This document shows positions 14,715 through 27,419 of a stretch of DNA of 64,000 bases, in pieces (position 1 is the first letter of the stretch; the number at the start of each line of letters is the position of its first letter). This DNA is from Eledone cirrhosa (lineage: Eukaryota), in assembly GCA_964016885.1 (NCBI GenBank), contig OZ024743.1, forward strand, positions 295,616,001-295,680,000, in the 5' to 3' direction. The notes beneath the pieces are model-generated. The model was not told the DNA's origin and did not search any database. It was given only the letters and a program-made list of their open reading frames with translations. A program made the position numbers and the translations under genes.

Positions 14715-16584
14715 TTATCCATCCTTTTCACTGCTTGTGGCCTCCTCCGGAAGGATGTCCTTATAAATCCTCCTGGAGAATGTTTGTCGGAAGTCTCTGA
14801 CGTCTTTGGGGAATTTTTGTTTCAATGTCGTGTACGTTTTCTGTGTGAATCGTGTGATTTGTATGTGTGGAGGTGGTGTGAACTTTTGGGTTGTTGTGTA
14901 GTCTTTTTCTGTGATGCTGGTGTTATGTTGGATGTAGTGTAGTAATTGGTTGTTGTTCAAATTTAATGCTGTGTAGTGTGTATCGTTTTGGTTGTTTTGT
15001 TTTGTTTGCGACTGTTGTGGGTTTGTTTCTGTTTCGCTTTTTGGTGACTTTTGTGGTGTTGGTGATGGTGGTGCTGGGGTTAATGATGGTGATGGGGTTG
15101 GTGATGCTGGTGTGGATGGTGGCATATCTGTCCTAACTTTTTTGTTTGATAGTTTATTTGTTTCCCTCTGTATTTTGTTTTTGGAGGCGGAAGGGAGAGG
15201 AATTTTTGTTTTGGGTTTCTTTTTTTCTTTTTTCCTGATACCGTTTCCCACTCCTCGTCGTCACAATCTGTCTCCAGTTGCAATAGGTCGGGGAGTGGAA
15301 GATCCTCCACAGCCGTTGGTTTTGGTTGTGGCGTGGTGGATGCTGTAGGCGCTGGTGCTAGTTCTGGCGCGTTGGGTGGTGGTGGTGTTGGTTTTGCTAC
15401 TGTTGGTGGGGTTGTTGCTGTTACAGCTGCTTCTGTTGTTGCTTCTACCGTTGTTGCTGCCATTTCTCCTGCTCTTGGTGTTGATGGTTGAGTTACTGGG
15501 GTGGGTAAGATAGGTGGCCTCAACCTTTTAGCCTGAGGGCAGAAAAGCCTTATGTGGGTTCCTTCACCACAAACCACAAACCTAGGCCTTCTTTACGGTG
15601 AGGTGGCTGCCGTCAGTGAGGTCTATTACCTCTGGGATCTCCTCAATGTTTTTTTGGTCCGCTTGGACCAGGAGCTCCATCCCAGATCCGGAGCAGTTCT
15701 CCTGCTTTTCTTTCGCTATTTCGATTATCTTGGTGTTGGCTTCGATGCCGGCGAGGACGGCAGCCATTAGCCAGGGAATTTCGATGGCCGGTGGAACGTG
15801 GGTCACCCTGATCTTCACGAGTCTCTGGCCACAATAGCTTGGGCCGAGTGTGAAGTCGTCACTTCTTAATGGGGCCATGGATTGTTCTCTGGCCTCCTGT
15901 GGTGTTTCAAAGAACACGTCCACGGTTCCATATTTCTGCCCACGTCTGATGTGGTTTTTTTGGCCCACACATGTCCCAAAGCTTTTTAGATTTGGGACTC
16001 GGATGCCCATTCCACTCGGCGCGATTTTATGTTAATCGTCCGATAAGACACGGTGCATAGGCGCCAATGGTCCATTTTATTAAGTGGGCGGTTGAGGCTG
16101 ATTCTGTACCCATCTTTCTTTAGCATTTTTTGGCTTCTTCTAATTTTTCCTGAGTTACCTGGAATGCTTAGCACTTTTTTGCTACTCTGGCAAAAGACAG
16201 GGTTTTCTTATTCTGATTGTTGCTGTTGTTATCGTTATTTTTGTTATTGTTAATTTTAGTTTCGGTTGTGGTGGTGGTGGTGGCGTCAGTGGTGTTCGGT
16301 GTGGAAGAGTTCATTTTGGCTGAATTCGTTTCGATGTTACGAGATAATTTATTTATTTCTTTTGTTTCTGTTGTCGCTGTGGTGGTGGGGGTGGCGGCTT
16401 CAACACCTGCAGTCATTGGTAATGGCGGGAAATGAATGTCTGCCTGAGACAAATTTAAAATATTGCTACTGCTTATATTTGTAGTGTTAGCAAACGTAGT
16501 AATATTTACAATGGTGGTGTCGGTGTGAGGTGTTAGTGTGTGAGGAAGGCTTTCAGCTACTGGGTTCAGCTGTGAGTCGGCCAT
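14715..16584 (-). pseudogene. Tx1 A ORF1 (gag-like, CCHC knuckle)
   Basis: Low-complexity N-terminus, RRGQKYGTVDVFF, VVCGEGTHIRLFCP knuckle remnant, Pro/Thr-rich tail; frameshifts. Confidence 0.75.
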
Positions 16585-16820
16585 GATTTTTCAAAGAAAT
16601 TTTAGTTTTGTCTGATAATTATAAAAGTTTAAATTTTGGGCTCAAGGCCCCAATCTTTTTGAGTGTCCTTTTCAGAAAACAATGTATGTGCACGTATATA
16701 GAGGAAACAATAAATATTTTCCATAAATGGCAATTTTAAACAACTGAAAACAACAAACCTTTGCGGAGCTCACGATAATACGATTTACTATGTAGGTCGC
16801 CAATAATAATAATAATAATA

Positions 16821-16992
16821 ATTGTTTCTACTTTAGGCACAAGGCCAGCAATTACCCAGTACATTACTGGTACTTTATTTTATCGACCCCGTAAGGATGA
16901 AAGGCAAAGTCAACCTCGGCGGGATTTGAACTCAGATCGTAAAGGGACGTAACTATGCTGGAAAGCATGGCGTCATACACTCTACCGATACT
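16821..16992 (-). mobile_element. SINE sandwiched between the two Tx1 copies
   Basis: Near-full SINE sequence flanked by (AAT)n on both sides. Confidence 0.9.
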
Positions 16993-17283
16993 AATAATAA
17001 TAATAATAATGATTTCATTTATTGGCCACAAGGGTCGACATATAGGGGACAATACAAAAGTCTGGGACAGTGGGGTTTTATAGAAAAGTCAAGTAAACAA
17101 AATGAATAATAATAACAAAGTAACAATAACAAAGTAACAATAAAGTGACAAGAAAATTACAAGAAAAAATTCCCCAATAGGGGGGATGACCACCTAAGGT
17201 TCGCTCAGGTACCCTACCAGTCCTTAACGACCCGACGAGAGCACCCTGGAAGGTCACCCCCTCTCCTCCTAAAATTTACCTAC

Positions 17284-19880
17284 CTACAGCCGCATGACCA
17301 GAGTAGGCCTACTCACATGGGCCATTCTCGCCACATTCACCCACCTTTCAGCAAATGTATTGGGGAGCAACACTTCTCTCACCACCCTCACCTTCCTTAC
17401 CAAGTGAAACTTGAAAAAATTGATGAGGGATTGGCCGAAGAGAAAAATGTCTGTCTTCAGTCCTTTCAACCTCGTCCACCATACAACCGCTTTTGCTACT
17501 GCCACCAGACAGAGGAAAATTGCCTGCCCTTCCTGGCCAAAAGAAGGCGGCGGGTCGATCTTCACTATGGACTCGGCCGATAGTCGGATCCGTTCTACAC
17601 GCGACAACAGCTGTTCAACATAACTCCACAAGTCAATAATGCACGGACACTGGACGAGTGAGTGCAGAACGGTTTCGTCGCTCTGCACGTATCTCGGGCG
17701 GTTCCGTCTGACAGCACTTCCGGGCCTGTAGAGTCTATCTCGAACCGGCAGTGCCCCCCGGTAGCACTGCCAAGCGAGGGATTTTTGGAAATTATCCATC
17801 GTCCCCGGCTCGAAAGTCCTCTGGTACAGAGTGGTTAGTTCGAATTCATTGACTCCCAGAGCCTCTCCGAGTGCGTCGTCGCACTTGCCCACCAATAATC
17901 CTCTATAGAACTCGAGAGTGGAAGTTCCACTAACCGCCTGGTGGAGGGCAGTGAGTGACTGGCAACATTCCAGATGCCAGTCACCCAGTCTCAGTCTCTT
18001 CTTGACCCAGGATGCAGCTTAGTCAAAGAAACGAACTGCGGAAAGGCCCGTCTGCCAAACGACGACCACACCTGTTCACTGTTTAGGCAGAATATCTGGA
18101 GATGCCGCAGCCTCAGCGCCTGCTTGCGCATCATTAGCCACGGCATGCCCAGCCCTCCACGTAGAGGGTGCTGGCAGCAGATGGACCGCCTCACCAGCGG
18201 AACCTGACCCCTCCACAAGAATCTGAAGAGGAGCTGCTCCAAGATGGCGAGGCGCGAACGGGGGCAAGGGACAATCGTCAGACGGTAGTAGATGACGGAC
18301 GCGGTGTATGCGTTCGCTACCTCTGCTCATTTCTGGGTGAGATTGGCCCCCTAGCAACTTTACCGGTGCGTCAGTCCAGCGCCTAACGACGCTGTTGGAC
18401 GTCATGGTCTTGCCTCTCCAGGTCCCGTGTTGCAAGCCCACCGACTTTTCCGTGTTATGTTTTGCTCCCGTCAACCTTTCATATTCCTCCAATAAGTTGC
18501 CGATCACCTCGATTTCTGAGGTGTCCGACACCATCAGGTTGATGTCGTCCGCATAAGCCGACGCAGCCTTTCCGCGTCCCGGTTCGTGCGGGATGCCCTG
18601 CAACATCTCCAGCTTCAGCAGTAAAGGCTCGAGAGTCAATAGGTACAGAAGGGAGGAGAGAGGGCACCCTTGACGGACCGATCGGGCGACCTGAAACGGT
18701 TCCGAGATGTGGCCATTAATTTTGACCATCGAGCAGGTGCCGCTGTGCATTGCATCGATCCAGCTTCTGAAGACGGGGCCGAAGCCAGCCGCCTTGAGGC
18801 AGCCTACGGGTACCGATGATCGACCCTATCGAATGCTTTCGATTGATCTAAATTGATCAGAGCCCCACCGTAGCCAGGTTTACACCGTACCCTCTATATA
18901 ATGTATCGCACTAGGTGGAGGTTGTCGTGTATGGACCTGGTTTTGATTGCGCAAGTTTGCGCCTCTCCAACCAAGTCCCCGACGACAAGCGCCAACCTCT
19001 TCGCTAACACCCTGGCCAAAATCTTAAACTCTGTGTTGAGCAGAGTTATGGGCCTGAAATTGTCTAATGTGTCCCTCTTGTTCTCGTCTTTCCTTATCAG
19101 CGTCACTATGTCCCGGCTCACAGAACTGGGAATACTCCCGTTTTGCTGCCAGTTGCAGTAGAGGGCTTCGAGGAGATTGGAGAACAAGTCTGGCATATTT
19201 ACGTAAAGCTCGTAGGGCATCTCTGACCCGCCACTTCCCCCGAACAACCGAGCAAAATGTTGGCGAAAGGCCTCACACATCCTTTTGGAATCGCTCAGCT
19301 CGTGCCCGTCTCGGTCCGTCAAAGACCGAATCGTGGTTTTACTACCACGCTGCGCCTCTGCCACGCGGGCCCATCGAACAGCTTTGGTTACCTCGTTTCT
19401 CAGAGCACGCGCCTTAGCTCTGACAATGCAACCTTCGTGTTTCGCATTGAAGAAATGGTCTAATGCCATTCTCGCCGCTCGCACGTCAGTTGCAATGCCA
19501 CTACGAATAGCCTCGTCTAACTTATCTACCAACTCCCGCTCCTTTCTATTTTTCTCTAAGGCTACTTCTTTGCTAAACTCTATTGACATTACTCTAATCT
19601 CTCTTTTGAGAGCCCCCACCATCTATTGTTGACGACTCCCCCTGTCAACTTTTTCTTAACTAAATTGTTGACCTGGTCCCTGTAAGCCTTATGTCCCGGA
19701 AATGACATGTTTAGCTTCCAGTAACCAGGTCCTAACCTACGCGTCTTATCTAAGTCGACCATCCTCGGAAATCCTGGTCTCGCTGACGCCAATTACATCC
19801 ATTTCTATAGACCTGAGGTCGTTGAGCAGGTGAACCTGCTTCCAGGACGATCCCGGGCCTCAAACATTTAAACACATACT
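17284..19880 (-). pseudogene. Tx1 B ORF2, RT core present, endonuclease largely deleted
   Basis: RSVRQGCPLS, AYADD, FRPITLLNTEFKILAR, ETVLHSLVQCP; endonuclease jumps from GVSETRIS to VDLDK..GPGYWKLN at ~19765. Confidence 0.85.
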
Positions 19881-19881
19881 C

Positions 19882-21827
19882 TTAATGCGGGCTCGTGTGA
19901 AGGTCGGGTTGTTCGACCTCCATAGTTGGTGGGGTTTCTTTTGGGAACCCCTTTAAAAGTCTTGAAGTGGGTTTTACGTTCGGGGTTCCCACGTCCCGAA
20001 GAAAGCTGTCTCGTATTTCTTTGAATATATCGAGCGACACTCGCACCAGAACCACATCTTCCGGCACGCGAAATGTGCTCGATTTAAAAATGTCCCCCTC
20101 TTTTTGTATATTTTCACTTCGTGCTACGAGGGCCATCAGGTTCCTTGTTGGCTCTCCTGACGTGCACGATGTTTTGTATGTTTTCTTGGTGTGATTTTAT
20201 TTGTTTGCGTGGTTGTGGTGGTGATGGTTTAGGTGGTGTTGTTTCGGTTGTATCTGTGTTTGTTGTGAGTGCGGTGTCTGTGGTTTCAGATGTTTGTGTG
20301 TATATTTCTTCTTGCGTCTGTTTAGGTTGTTTGCGTTTGGGGGATTCTGGTGATGGTGATGGTGGTGTTGACGTTGGTGTTATTGGAGAGATGTTTGCGT
20401 GGGTTGTGTCTGCGTTTTATATTGTGGCTGATTTTGTGCTTTGTTGAGTTTTTTTTTTCTTTATGTGTTTCCTTTTTTGTATTTTGGGGGATTTTGATTT
20501 TCCCTCATCTTCACTACTGGTAGATAAGGGGTCTGTGTCTGTAAGTGTGGCTCTAAGTATGTTTATGGTTTTATTGGTGTGTGTATTTTTTGGGGGGAGG
20601 GGAAATTTGACAGCTTTCCTCGTTTCCCCCCTGGGTGGTCAATGTTGGGTGGTGGTCTTTCTATTGGTGTTGTTGTTGGTGGTTTTTCCGGTGCTGATGT
20701 TGGTTGTGGTCCTCGCCCCGGTGTCGGCAGCATTGGAGCCTTTTGACCCCTTGCCTCTTTCAGCAGTTGAGGGCAGAAGGCTCGCAAATGGATTTTTCCC
20801 CACAAACAAAACACTGCGGCCTTTTGCCTTCGGTCATAATGTGAATGACCGTCCCATTCTGAAGGCGGATGTAGTCCGGGATTGTCTTCACATTCTCGGG
20901 CCTGATCTGGAGAAGGATCTCCAGGTCAACCCCGGACCAGTCCTCTCTGGCCGTTCTGGTCACTTCTATAGGGACGGTATCCGTCCCCTCCACAATCACA
21001 CATCCAAGAAGCCACCACATGTCAAGTCCTGGTGGGATTCTGGGAAAGCGGAGACGGGCCGTTCTTTTTACCATGTGGGTGGGGTACATTACGACCTTGC
21101 TGGTTTTGCAAGGAGTCATACCGTGTTTCATAGCGAGGGCTTCTGACTTGAACAACACCGAAATGATGCCGTACTGTCTGCCCCTCTCTATGTATTCGGC
21201 GTCTTCTCTGATGCACCTCAGCGCGATTTCGACATCTTCTTGTGGGATTAAAGCTGCCCTTTTGGTTTGTGCTGACATGCATCTATAATACACCGTTCTG
21301 CGCTCCACTGCCTCAATAGCTTCTACCGGGATAGTTAAGTTGGCCCAGGTTTGCTCTTGCTTGATGAGCTTCCATGCCTGGGCCAACTTTTCATCTTTGA
21401 TTGAGAGATCCATGTTGAAGCATGGCCTCTTTTTTGCTGCTGTCGCAGCGAAAGTGTTCCTCTTGTTTTCGTTGGGGGTGTTGTGGTCGTTGTCGTTGTT
21501 CTTGTTGGTGTTGTTGTTAGCACTGTCTCTGTTATCATTGTTGTCTTTGTTGCCACCGTTGTTCTCGGTGCAGTTGGTATTGTTGCTGTTGGTGTTGTCA
21601 CTATTTGTTTTCAAGTTAGTGGTGTTGATATTGTTGTTGTATTTGTTATTTTTATTTTCGTTATGTGTATTTTCGTTGTCGCTGTTACTGTCATTTTTTT
21701 CAAAATTAGTGTTTTCATTGGTATCATTGGTGTCTTTGTTTACATTGCTTGTGGTGGTGTTCGTGTTATCAATTTGTGTTAATTTCGCAGTAGCGCTCCT
21801 CTTAACTTCCACGTCGTTGTCGCACAA
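19882..21827 (-). pseudogene. Tx1 B ORF1
   Basis: Asn-rich N-terminus, YIERGRQYGIISVLF (homologous to copy A), CFVCGEK/HLRAFCP knuckle split by a frameshift. Confidence 0.78.
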
Positions 21828-22066
21828 CAGCAGACATATCGCAATTGGCGTGGCTCAGCCATTTTTTTTTCTCCGTAAATGTTTTATCGTGTAAAAAAAT
21901 GTTTATATTTGGACCAAAAGGCCCAAATATTATACTTTCCCCTTCACAGGGCAAAGTCTAAAGGTTTATATCCCTTACACAACAAGAAATATTTAACAAC
22001 AAATAATTTTAACAGGCAAATAAAGCGACTTACTGGGAGCGAGCCAAAAAGACGTCCGAACAGACC

Positions 22067-22113
<47 letters not shown>

Positions 22114-22114
<1 letters not shown>

Positions 22115-23118
22115 GTCCCATTTACTGCTGAAATGGAAAACACAGAAGAAGCAAAGCAGGTAAAAGTAACTGCAAAGAAAGAACCGCTACAGAAACTGGC
22201 TAAGAAATGGCAAGAAAAGCCTCTGTATGGAAAATACCCAGAAAGAGCTAACAATCCTGATGTTGACAAAACTTTAACCCATCAGTGGTTGGCATCCTCT
22301 GGACTGAAATCGGAAACTGAAGGACTGATTATTTCAGCAAAAGATCAGTGCCTGCCAACAAAAAATTACCAAGCCACCATAATAAAAAAAATGGATGCAA
22401 CCCATTATGCCGTGCATGTAAAAAACAACCAGAGACCATTGATCATATAATTTCAATGTGCAATCCTATAGTTCTAACCGAATACCTAAACAGTCATGAC
22501 AGAGCTGCACAATACATACATTGGATAATGTGTAAGCATTTTGACCTGCCCCATCAAAAGAGTTGGGGGGAGCATCAGCCACCTCACATACTTGAAAAAG
22601 ATCACATCTCAATCTTGTGGAACTTTAGCATCCAAACAGACCGAGAAATAGATGTAAATAGACCTGATATAATACTGAAGGACTTTAAAAAGAGGGTATG
22701 CCTGCTAATTGATATGTCCGTTCCAATAGACAATAATATATCAATAAAAACATTTGAAAAATTGAGCAAGTATAAGGACCTGAAGATAGAAATTGGAAAA
22801 ATGTGGAAATTGAGAACTAAAACAATACCAGTGGTTGTAGGCGCTCTAGGAATGATACCTAAGGGGTCTAATGATTACTTATCGCAAATCCCAGGAAACC
22901 CGCGTATAGGAGAAATACAAAAGATAGTACTAATGGGAACTGCCCATATACTAAGGAAGATTCTGTCAATATAAGTACATCACAAGTCTAAACACCTAAA
23001 GAGGCATGTGCGTGTATGTATGTTCTTTCTTGAACATGGCGGACCTTGTTGTCTCTTGAGGTCACTGGTTGTGGCTTGCTGATAACTCGTATGAACATAA
23101 AGCAAGATAAATGCAACT
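22114..23118 (+). mobile_element. R4/Dong-clade non-LTR element, 5'-truncated (Zn knuckle + restriction-like endonuclease)
   Basis: LKSETEGLIISAKDQ, CRAC..ETIDHIISMC, HD, RPDIIL..IDMSVP, K..KY, PVVVGALG, GTAHILRK; (TAA)n at both ends. Confidence 0.88.
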
Positions 23119-23239
23119 ATAATAATAATAATACTGCTGCTGCTTCTACTAATGCTGCTACTACTAATAATAATAATATTAATACTGCTGCTGCTACAAC
23201 TACTACTGCTACTAATATTGCTGCTGCTGCTACTACTAC

Positions 23240-23283
<44 letters not shown>

Positions 23284-23330
23284 TACTACTACTACTGCTG
23301 CTGCTCCTGCTACTACTGCTGCTGCTGCTG

Positions 23331-23366
<36 letters not shown>

Positions 23367-23367
23367 T

Positions 23368-23420
<53 letters not shown>

Positions 23421-23421
23421 T

Positions 23422-23470
<49 letters not shown>

Positions 23471-23567
23471 GTTACTACTACTGCTGTTACTGATGATGAT
23501 GTTACTATTACTACTACTACTACTGCTACTAATATTGCTGCTGCTGCTACTACTACTACTACTACTA

Positions 23568-23600
<33 letters not shown>

Positions 23601-23608
23601 TACTACTA

Positions 23609-23640
<32 letters not shown>

Positions 23641-23654
23641 ACTACTACTACTAT

Positions 23655-23686
<32 letters not shown>

Positions 23687-23734
23687 TTACTACTACTGCT
23701 GTTGCTGATGATGATACTATTACTACTACTCCTG

Positions 23735-23770
<36 letters not shown>

Positions 23771-23900
23771 TTACTACTACTGCTGTTGCTGATGATGATG
23801 TTACTATTACTACTACTACTACTACTTCTACTACTACTACTGCTGATGCTACTACTACTACTGCTGATGCTACTACTACTACTACTACTGCTACTACTAT

Positions 23901-23967
<67 letters not shown>

Positions 23968-24363
23968 GTTACTACTACTACTGATACTACTATACTACTA
24001 CTTCTACTACCAATTATGCTGCTACTACTACTACTACATAAATACTGTTGCTACTACTACTACTGTTACTACTACTACTACTACTACTACCACTACTTAT
24101 ACTACTATACTACTACTTCTACTACTACTATACTACTACCACTACTTCTATACTACTACTACTACTACTATTACTGCTACTGCTGCTGCTGCTACTACTA
24201 CTAGTACTACTACTACTAATAATAATAATAATAATAATAATACTACTACTACTAATACTGCTGCTGCTTCTACTACTGCTGCTACTACTACTACTGCTGC
24301 TGCTACTACTACTACTGCTACTGCTACTACTACTACTTTACTACTACTACTATACTACTACTA

Positions 24364-24403
<40 letters not shown>

Positions 24404-24448
24404 GATGATGATGATGATGATAATATTACTACTACTACTACTGCTACT
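23119..24448. repeat. 1.3-kb compound trinucleotide array (ACT/GCT/AAT/GAT)
   Basis: Direct reading; source of poly-L/T/Y ORFs. Confidence 0.95.
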
Positions 24449-25226
24449 TAATGAGCATAAATATTGATAGATTTCGAATAGCTAAGCTCTAAAGGACTTA
24501 CTTGTGGCACATAACGGTAATGGAAAAACCAAATCGAAAAAAAAAAGACGAAATACCAGCATGGCTAGACACATTCATTGTCATATTACTAAGCCATCAC
24601 TACCAGACATAATGAGAATTATAACTATACATTGCTGTAATATTGATGACAAGTGTTTTATGTGAATGATCTTAACTGAATGAATACGCTATATTCGTAT
24701 CAAGATTTTCAGTATTAGCGGCCATCAATATACTTACAATTCAGCAACTTAGCAAAACTGATCTACATGCGACTGGCCATTCAAATTTTTTCCTTAGAAA
24801 AAATGCTGTGCAGTACTTATATGATCTTCCTCCTGTGTAACAAAATGAAAATGCGAAAATGCTATGAAACTTTATCATGCACATATTCCATCACAATAGT
24901 GTGTCTAACATTTTCCATGTAAATATTACAATAATGTGATGATTAATGGCATCGATACTGAATTATTATGATTTGAATCTTAAGCGAGTTGAAGAGCAAC
25001 ATAATTACAATTCTATTGAATAAGAGATAGTAAAGCCGTTAAGTAATGTGTCCAGTGTCACATTTGTAATTGACACAAATGAGGTGATTCAGAATTAATT
25101 CTTTAGATTAGATATATTTACCAGGTCTATCATTTTGTTAAACTTAAATATTAGTATATGTTTTTACATAATATTATATATGCCAAAAGTAGAAACAATT
25201 ATATATGCATCAAAGTGGAGTAGATC

Positions 25227-25364
25227 CCCTTCTTCTTCTTCTTCTTCTTCTTCTTCTTCTTCTTCTTCTTCTTCTTCTTCTTCTTCTTCTTCTTCTTCTT
25301 CTTCCTGAAAGGTCCCTGGGGCAAAGAACCCAAACACCCCATCCAGTGAGTCTCCAATTGGTCT
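25227..25364 (-). mobile_element. very short LINE 3' end with (GAA)n tail, RTE-like
   Basis: Flanking direct repeat GAGTAGATC (25218-25226 and 25365-25373); reverse strand reads NWRLTGWGVWVLCPR then (GAA)n. Confidence 0.55.
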
Positions 25365-25600
25365 GAGTAGATCAATAAGTTTCAACATTTACAGATCATC
25401 GCAGGACTTGAAGCTGAGGTTAAAAGGGAGGTAATTGGGTTACCAGACAAAATGTATAGACACAATGCATACATTTTTGGACACAATAATTCCTACCATG
25501 CAATCAGCAAATAGTGCACTATATACACCACGTGATTAGAAGCCAATCGTGGTACTTGAAAATTGAATTGAATTAGTAACTTTGCAGAAAGTAGTCTAAA

Positions 25601-25760
25601 AATTGTTTCTACATTTTACACAAGGCCACCAATTGGAAAGGAAGTGAATAGTCGAATAAATCGACCCGAGTGCATTGCTTGTGGTTTATTTTATCGAACA
25701 TAGAAGGATGAAAGGCAAAGCCAACCTCGGCGGGATTTGAACTCAGAGCATAGAAAGTCT
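25601..25760 (-). mobile_element. SINE, diverged
   Basis: GGATGAAAGGCAAAGCCAACCTCGGCGGGATTTGAACTC. Confidence 0.8.
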
Positions 25761-27419
25761 AATATTAAGACATTCTAGGCGTTTATTAGCTCTGTTTTAA
25801 TTAAACTACTTCCTGTAGTAAAGAAAATACGTCGAAGTTACAAATTCAATTCAATTTAGTCTTCTGAATATTTCTAAAAATATCTCATATTAGGTTTCCC
25901 AATTGTTTCAATGGCATGGACATCAGTAGTATCATGAAACGCTGCGTCAAATGACCGCGAATCCACCATGCTAATCATTAGGTCTCGCACCTTCTAGGCT
26001 TCGTTACTAAAACCTTGCGAAACAGAATAGTGTATATTGTAAAGTTTTATTCGTCTAAATCAAGGCGACGCTCCAACTTGGCTGCAGACCGGAACCTGTA
26101 AAATAATATAAATAATATAATATTGTATGGGTTCATATACAACTTTATATGAACCTGTATAATATATGTATAATAAACACACCACTTCTCTAGTTGGGGT
26201 AGGGGAATACATGCAGCAATACACAAAACATATAATACCTATGGTATGCCAGCAGTTGAGTTGTCAGAAGCCATATGCTGGCCTCAGTACTTAAGCCATG
26301 CAGGTGTCAGTTCGTGATGCAAAATAATTATGAAACGGCGTATGTTTCACCCACCAGACCTCATCGCTGGTAAACTATTTCTTAAAGCGAGGTGAATATA
26401 TAACTCTAGTTGCAATTCTTGAGCCGATATCTATACTAGCAATACCTACATGTAACAATACTAAGCACCACACGCAATAAAATGTATGACATGCTAATTC
26501 ATGCGAAAGAGAAGGTTAAGTGAGTATAGTACTATAGCCAAGGCACACAGACATGTGCTCAACTTTGCTATGAGAGAACACAATAAAAATACGACTACTA
26601 AAAACAAATTAATAATATTAATGAATTGAGAAACGATTTAATCAAATCCGCTTTAAATATTATGCCCGCTCCTAGACGAAAAGAGCCAATAAATAGCATT
26701 TCCTCATAAAATATGGCTTTTATATTTAACTAACTATAGTGCCTCGCAATTTCAGAGGATTTAAAATGAGAGTATTATATAGACATACTATTTTTTGGCT
26801 ATGTTAAGAGACTTAGCAGAGATAAATATGAGAATATAATTTAAATCAGCTATAGATTTTACTTTCTCTGAACTTAGTTCTGCATTATGATGTAAAGCCA
26901 TACAGTAAGAAACAAATTATATTTCGAGTGTAGGCAACATATTCGAATACCCACATATTTTTCAATAACTAATGATAAAATGATATGAGTGAGAAACTTC
27001 TGACAGATAATATATAATATATTGAAGGAAAGACTGAAAATAACACTGCAACGTCTGGAGTGAAAATAAAATTATATTTGTGTGTATTTTTATCACTCTG
27101 TCTGAATACCACCGATTTGACTTCCGTCTGGTTCTTTATATATCTAAAAATCTTTTGCTCTCTCTTCCAACCCTCTGTACTCCTCCACTTTGCGTTAATA
27201 TATATATGTATATGTGTGTGTGTGTATGTGTGTGTGTATAATACACAAATCTATTTCTCACTCGTACACTATTACTTATTCACTCACATACGAACACAAG
27301 CTCTCAAAGCGTCTTTGTCTATATTATGTCAGTAGTTTTATTTGTAACTTTTATTGACATTCATGTATATATACATATCAATCAAGTTTTCGTAACCGAC
27401 TCAGCCAGACTTTGGGATG

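Larger units (their letters stand above)
11518..16801 (-). mobile_element. Tx1-clade (L1 group) LINE copy A, full-length ends, defective
   Basis: 5' UTR, ORF1 with Zn knuckle, ORF2 APE endonuclease + RT + C-terminal Zn finger; 3' end CCCTTGTGGTTAATAAAGAAAGA; both ends abut (AAT)n. Confidence 0.9.
17011..22066 (-). mobile_element. Tx1-clade LINE copy B (different subfamily), full-length ends, defective
   Basis: ORF1 + ORF2; 3' end CCCTTGTGGCCAATAAATGAAATC; both ends abut (AAT)n. Confidence 0.9.

Noticed and set aside
26335-26372. CGATGAG...GAAACATACG on the - strand, possible hammerhead
   Set aside because: Core deletion and poor stems; chance cannot be excluded
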